A stretch of DNA of 63,072 bases, filler included, from a bacterium (GTDB taxonomy: Bacteria > JAMOTN01), in assembly GCA_027062325.1 (NCBI GenBank). It is 7 parts of 7 records of this genome, joined end to end, with 100 filler letters (N's around TTAATTAATTAA, not from the genome) between each part and the next. Parts side by side here need not be neighbours in the genome. Positions count along the whole stretch, not along the records: positions 57,899 to 60,494 come from JAMOTN010000009.1; positions 60,595 to 63,072 come from JAMOTN010000012.1; 5 more parts are not named here. One strand, 5' to 3'. This document shows positions 58,543 to 63,072 of the stretch, piece by piece; within the stretch, counting starts at the first letter, position 1, and every line of letters begins with the position of its first letter. The position numbers and the translations under genes were made by a program. Below the pieces are notes generated by a model that saw only the letters and a list, made by a program, of their open reading frames with translations, did no database searches and was not told the origin of the DNA.

Positions 58543-59307
58543 TTACTCCCCCACTAATAATGACGCATCTCCATAAAACTCTTTCAAATATTTTCTTATT
58601 TTAACCATTGCCTGCGAATGTATCTGAGAAACCCTAGCAGGTGTCAACCCCAAAACTTTGGCAATTTCAGTTACTGTCATATTTTCCCAGTAGTAAAGCT
58701 GTATTACCAATCTCTGTTTTTCTGTCAACGTTTCTAAGGCCTTCATAACCTGTTCTTTCAATTCATCTCTCATCACGATCTCTTCAGGATCAGGACTAGA
58801 AGCAACCGGAGCAAACTTCCCAGCTTTTGTTGCAACATCATCAACTATGAGAAAGTTTATAAGATTCATAATCTTTCTCACCTTAACTTCACTCATTCCC
58901 ATCCGCTCAGCAATCTCTTCAACAGTAGGTTCTCTTCCAAACTCTCTTTCAAGTTCAATTACAACATCAGACAACTTCTTCCAATTCTCCCATAGCTGCC
59001 TACTTAAAGTTGTCATTTCTCGCACTGCATCTAGCATCTCCCCGCGTATTCTCCAATAAGCGAAGGTAGAAAATTCTGCTCCCTTTCCTAACTTGTACTT
59101 TAGAGCCGCATCCCACAATCCATGCAGTCCCCAACTCAACAAGTCATCAAAAGTTACACCAGGAGGAAGGGAAATTGCAACTCTTGAAGCAATTCTCTTT
59201 ATCATGGGAGCAAAAATTTTGGCCAACTCCTCAAATGCCGCATCCTCTCCTGCCTTTACTCTCTCAACAAGCTCATTTACCTTTGCTGATACAACTCTCT
59301 TTCCCAT
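58543..59307 (-). CDS. fliA: FliA/WhiG-family sigma factor (sigma28)
   Basis: DDLLSWG..GL.DA, FSTFAYWRIRGEMLD, GREPT, LYYWENMT..EIA.VLGLT.ARVSQIH. Confidence 0.88.
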   Translation of the reverse strand: MGKRVVSAKVNELVERVKAGEDAAFEELAKIFAPMIKRIASRVAISLPPGVTFDDLLSWGLHGLWDAALKYKLGKGAEFSTFAYWRIRGEMLDAVREMTTLSRQLWENWKKLSDVVIELEREFGREPTVEEIAERMGMSEVKVRKIMNLINFLIVDDVATKAGKFAPVASSPDPEEIVMRDELKEQVMKALETLTEKQRLVIQLYYWENMTVTEIAKVLGLTPARVSQIHSQAMVKIRKYLKEFYGDASLLVGE

Positions 59308-59801
59308 TTAGCACCCTCCTGCCAATATTCTAGTTTATAAGCTAGATCAACGAGCTTCTCCAAAACTCTTTCTATATCAACACGTGAAAAACTCTTAGCT
59401 TTACAATAATAGTACAACCTCTTATACTCTTCATAAGCACTTTTGTACCTGCCGCTCTTCTCATAACTCAATCCCATCTTCCAGTATGGATTATCCTCTA
59501 AACTCTTTCCCAAGCCACTCGTTCGGTAAATTCCATAGGAAGAACTAATCTGCCTATTTTCAGCAATACTTTTTCCAGTAACCAAGCCTTTCTTATTTAC
59601 TTTTTTCAAACTTCGTTTAACCCACCTCTTAAATTCAAAATAACTACTGATAGGCGACTCAAAGTCAAAAACTACATTTACCTTAGGACCTTTGAAACGC
59701 TCAATCTTAACTTTTCCTTTTTCATCACTTCTACACCCTATAAACAAGAACATCATCAAAATCATGCCAACCACAGCACTAAAATGACACATCCTTATCA
59801 A
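59277..59801 (-). CDS. Putative lipoprotein with a TPR motif
   Basis: LFIGC lipobox; MGLSYEKSGRYKSAYEEY. Confidence 0.6.
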   Translation of the reverse strand: MIRMCHFSAVVGMILMMFLFIGCRSDEKGKVKIERFKGPKVNVVFDFESPISSYFEFKRWVKRSLKKVNKKGLVTGKSIAENRQISSSYGIYRTSGLGKSLEDNPYWKMGLSYEKSGRYKSAYEEYKRLYYYCKAKSFSRVDIERVLEKLVDLAYKLEYWQEGAKWERELYQQR

Positions 59802-60354
59802 CAGAGCAAAATACCCCCTTCTTATACTTTTCTTCTACTTTAAACTGAGATACTGCTAATAATTCACGTTTCTGGTAAAGTTCCCGCCTCTTCTCCCTTC
59901 CAAGCAAAATTTTTTCATTAAAAAATACCTTTACCTTAACCCCTAACCCCTTCAGGTAATCTTCAAACTCAGCTTTTTTCAAAGAACTTAAAATCACTCT
60001 ACCGTTCCTGTAAAGTTTTCCACTATCAAAATTGTACTCCACCTTACTCGTCATTACTTTAGCGTTAGACTTCCCTATCAACTTAGGCACATTAGTAAAA
60101 ATCTCTAATATCAAACGCCTTTTGTTCACACAGTTTATCACATACGCAGTTTCCACATCTGATAAAAACTGAGACCTAAATATGCTCCACCGATAATTAA
60201 ACTCCGTATCCTTCGTCATAAATAGCGTCGAAACAACTCCACCACCAAATAATCTGATCACCACTACACCTATCAACGAAAAGATTGCAACAGCAACCAA
60301 TACCTCTATGAGAGTCAAAGCTTTCAGTACACTTCTACAACGGCTCTGCAACAT
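59779..60354 (-). CDS. Prepilin/pseudopilin (PulJ/PilW-like)
   Basis: KA-LTLIEVLVAVAIF class III signal peptide with E5. Confidence 0.8.
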   Translation of the reverse strand: MLQSRCRSVLKALTLIEVLVAVAIFSLIGVVVIRLFGGGVVSTLFMTKDTEFNYRWSIFRSQFLSDVETAYVINCVNKRRLILEIFTNVPKLIGKSNAKVMTSKVEYNFDSGKLYRNGRVILSSLKKAEFEDYLKGLGVKVKVFFNEKILLGREKRRELYQKRELLAVSQFKVEEKYKKGVFCSVDKDVSF

Positions 60355-60493
60355 AAACCTTCAACACCACACCTCTCTTGGAATTAGGCGGTAAAACTTT
60401 TACGGTGAAAATTTTACCACTATCAAACTCCTCTACATTTTCACTAACTTTAAATATTTGGTAAATCTCTTTATCCATCTTAGCAACAGCAAC
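60335..60493 (-). CDS. C-terminal fragment of a truncated upstream gene
   Basis: Frame open from the gap (VAVAKMDKEIY...LKVYVAEPL*), overlapping the prepilin start. Confidence 0.5.
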   Translation of the reverse strand, partial: VAVAKMDKEIYQIFKVSENVEEFDSGKIFTVKVLPPNSKRGVVLKVYVAEPL

Positions 60494-60494
60494 C

Positions 60495-60594
60495 NNNNNN
60501 NNNNNNNNNNNNNNNNNNNNNNNNNNNNNNNNNNNNNNTTAATTAATTAANNNNNNNNNNNNNNNNNNNNNNNNNNNNNNNNNNNNNNNNNNNN
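60495..60594. other. Artificial contig spacer
   Basis: 44N-TTAATTAATTAA-44N. Confidence 0.98.
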
Positions 60595-60681
60595 TCGCAT
60601 CCATTATACTGTACTCAGTGTGATTGTGAAGGTGAACAAACTCCATATTATCACTCTCCGATAAAACACTCCATTAAAAAC

Positions 60682-61899
60682 TCATTCACCGTGAACCGTA
60701 CATCTTACTCGGCCACCGCCAAGATATATGTATTCTCCACCTGAAGGACACTTGTACATGTCAGGCTTTCCCTTTAAATACTCGTCTTTTACCAATTTGT
60801 TCACATCTATTGGTCCAACTGGAAATTCTTCTAAGTGATCTATATTATACAGCTTTATTGCCTCTTCCAGTTCTTTTCTTATCTGGCGACAACTCTTTTT
60901 TCGCGCTTCTCTGAAGGAAGCAACTCTTTTCTCCTCAAAATACTTTTCCACAGGTTTTCCAGTCAACTCCTGAATCATTCGTGCTTTTTCCAATTCTTCC
61001 TCATACAAAATTTTAGCCCTTTTTAAGTAAAATTTACGTAACTTTTCGTAATCTCCACTCACCTTTACACTCTCTAAAACCTTCATAGCAAGCTCATAAT
61101 CTCCAAGAATAAACTCCATAACCCCCAAGTAAAATTTGTAAATAGAACTCTTATCAGAAACCATCTTTAAACGCTCCAAAAGATTATCTGCAATTCTTTC
61201 AAATAGCAACACATCTCTATAACCACCTTGTCGATAAGTCATTTCAAACCATTTGAGTGCCTCATCAAACTCTCCAAGTTTCAAAAGTTCGAGTATTAAT
61301 TTCAATCTCTCATCAACATTTGCCACTTTTATACGCTCCAAAATCCGCGTGGTTTTATTAACTTTATTTACCTTCTTTGACACAGTTCCGGGAACATCTT
61401 CTAAGTTTTCAACCTTCCAACCAACATAAATTCTATCCTTGGAAAATTTTACCGATATGTTATCCAAAAATGCTGCAAGACGCTGAATTTGGGCTATCTC
61501 AACAGTTGAAAGCTTATTCATATATAAAATAACCTTTCCCTGAGAGACTTTACCAACATTTTGCAACTTAAAGCACAGGTGTTCCACCATTTTATCGGGA
61601 TAAACAGCCGACGCCCATACTAGTGCAACTCCCGGCTGTTCAATATTTGCATAAAGCACTGCTAATTTTTCGTACAAAATACGGTAATTTGGAAATATTT
61701 TAGCCAAATTTTCATATTCTGAAATTGCCTCGAGAAGTTTACCCTTATTTTCCAAATCCGAAGCTATAGCAAAATGCTCGACAAACATCTGCATATTATC
61801 AAGGTAAGCTAGGCTTTTGAGAGGTAGAATGAAAAATATAAACAACAAAACAATTGAAAATCCTTTTTTCTTCCAGCAGAAAAGCATCACTCCAATCAC
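60682..61899 (-). CDS. Exported TPR protein with a C-terminal pilin-head-like Cys/His module
   Basis: Signal peptide, TPR motifs, tail KSCRQ...AIKLYNID...LVKDEYL...CPSGGEY...VRCTVHG. Confidence 0.7.
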   Translation of the reverse strand: MIGVMLFCWKKKGFSIVLLFIFFILPLKSLAYLDNMQMFVEHFAIASDLENKGKLLEAISEYENLAKIFPNYRILYEKLAVLYANIEQPGVALVWASAVYPDKMVEHLCFKLQNVGKVSQGKVILYMNKLSTVEIAQIQRLAAFLDNISVKFSKDRIYVGWKVENLEDVPGTVSKKVNKVNKTTRILERIKVANVDERLKLILELLKLGEFDEALKWFEMTYRQGGYRDVLLFERIADNLLERLKMVSDKSSIYKFYLGVMEFILGDYELAMKVLESVKVSGDYEKLRKFYLKRAKILYEEELEKARMIQELTGKPVEKYFEEKRVASFREARKKSCRQIRKELEEAIKLYNIDHLEEFPVGPIDVNKLVKDEYLKGKPDMYKCPSGGEYIYLGGGRVRCTVHGE

Positions 61900-61915
61900 C
61901 TTTTAACACTTTCAA

Positions 61916-63070
61916 TTAAATAAATTCATTCCCTATCAATTTTCGCAATTCTTCAATTATCTCTTTTAACATCTTATATGCTAGATCTTCATTTACAGCT
62001 TCCACCATAACGCGCAAAACCGGCTCGGTGCCAGATGGTCTTATAACACTCCGGCCCCCTTCAAACTCTCTATACTTTTCAACAACTTTCTTATAATCTT
62101 CGTAATTCACAAAATCCTTGCTTCTTACCCCAATATTCTCCACAGCTTGAGCATAAGGCTTGTAAAGAGCTGAAAAGTCCACCCCCCTAGCAACAAGATC
62201 TAAAAACACTGTAGCAGAAACCAATCCATCCCCTGTTTTAAACCCTTCAAACACTACATGTCCTGATGGCTCACTTCCCGCAGCTGCTCCCTCTTTCACC
62301 TCAGTTGCCAACCACCTATCTCCAACGGGAGTCACAATTACCTCAACTCCCGCCTCTCTCAACCTTTCAACCGCTCCCCAGTTAGTAAGAATGCTTACTG
62401 CAACTTTCTTATATCCGTACTCCAAAGCCGCTGCAACCAAAAGAGCTGTACCGTCAACAAACTCATCGTCAACCCAACCAACCATTCTGTCTGCATCACC
62501 ATCAAACGCTATGCCAACCCTGGCTCCAACCTCCTTCATCTTCTTTTTAACAAATCCAGGATGAGTAGCACCACAGCCAGCATTAATTTCACCCATCTTA
62601 GCAACAAACTTTACACTATCTTCCATACCACGCATTCTAAAAAAGCTCGGTGCTACTGTAACAGCAGCACCACAAGCTACATCTACCACCACTTTACCCT
62701 CAAAAATTTTGTAGGGAGAAGTCCTATTCAGCAAAAACTCAACATACTCATCCTTTTTACCACGTCCAAAATCATGATGCCGCTTTTCTCTACTCCTAAC
62801 AAGTTCTTTTAAATCCTGTTCAGATAACTCAGTCCTCATACTACTCATTATTTTCTCAAGTTCTCTTTCATCCTCAACCGGGATTTTTTCTCCATATCTT
62901 AAAACTTTTAATCCATTGTAAACGGATGGATTATGAGAAGCTGAAACTACAACTGAAACTCCATCCAACACCTGGGCAGCAGCTGTCGGTAAGATTCCTG
63001 CAAACTTTCCGCCAATTGCACGCACCAAAAATGGAGTAGAAGACCTAGTATCACCAATAACCCATATTTC
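61916..63070 (-). CDS. glmM: Phosphoglucosamine mutase (5' end outside the window)
   Basis: GDTRSS, SASHNP, INAGCGATH, FDGDADR, VGDR, GDG, RPSGTEPVLRVMVE. Confidence 0.88.
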   Translation of the reverse strand, partial: EIWVIGDTRSSTPFLVRAIGGKFAGILPTAAAQVLDGVSVVVSASHNPSVYNGLKVLRYGEKIPVEDERELEKIMSSMRTELSEQDLKELVRSREKRHHDFGRGKKDEYVEFLLNRTSPYKIFEGKVVVDVACGAAVTVAPSFFRMRGMEDSVKFVAKMGEINAGCGATHPGFVKKKMKEVGARVGIAFDGDADRMVGWVDDEFVDGTALLVAAALEYGYKKVAVSILTNWGAVERLREAGVEVIVTPVGDRWLATEVKEGAAAGSEPSGHVVFEGFKTGDGLVSATVFLDLVARGVDFSALYKPYAQAVENIGVRSKDFVNYEDYKKVVEKYREFEGGRSVIRPSGTEPVLRVMVEAVNEDLAYKMLKEIIEELRKLIGNEFI

Positions 63071-63072
63071 CC

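Noticed and set aside
39056-59307. flgE, nonulosonate genes and fliA as one flagellar cluster
   Set aside because: They lie on different contigs, so adjacency in the window is arbitrary; the same applies to linking ackA with the BMC locus
13733-60594. Six identical TTAATTAATTAA palindromes in N runs, as a repeat family or CRISPR
   Set aside because: Fixed 100-bp artificial contig linkers; the ORF tails ending X..LIN are artefacts of them

Overview
This is a bacterial draft-genome (probably MAG) window made of seven contigs joined by six artificial 100-bp spacers (44N-TTAATTAATTAA-44N), so gene order across spacers carries no information. The gene content suggests a low-GC, flagellated diderm, probably anaerobic and possibly thermophilic (LptD, SLH-anchored beta-barrel, Skp-like proteins, FlgE, FliA, Ogg2, TrmH). 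Contig 1 (1-13732): lptD (partial, missing from the ORF track), asd, hflX, HAD hydrolase, tRNA-Gln, ogg, trmH, a 40-aa ORF, M14 peptidase, double HD-GYP, aspS, hisS, yggS. Contig 2: ackA (partial), two HEAT-repeat proteins, a D2-only Clp ATPase, a degenerate PurD-like protein, galT-glgA-galT-pgm, CarD-like, radical SAM. Contig 3: a self-contained microcompartment satellite locus (rpiB-eutN-eutN-deoC plus a pseudo-DeoC/AOR-like fusion), orphan etfB with a class III aminotransferase, yjbQ, LysM-M23, a very large flgE. Contig 4: rpoD-like sigma, tRNA-Ala, a putative outer-membrane alpha-glucan capture operon, nonulosonate synthesis genes. Short contigs: Skp-like pair, Cys-rich secreted protein, fliA, pilin-like genes, glmM. 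The most promising candidates for something new are the BMC locus with its DeoC-AOR fusion, the SLH-porin/CBM48/DOMON operon, the twin-GalT glycogen operon, and the PurD-like/Clp-D2/HEAT operon. All calls come from motif recognition by eye; no searches were run.
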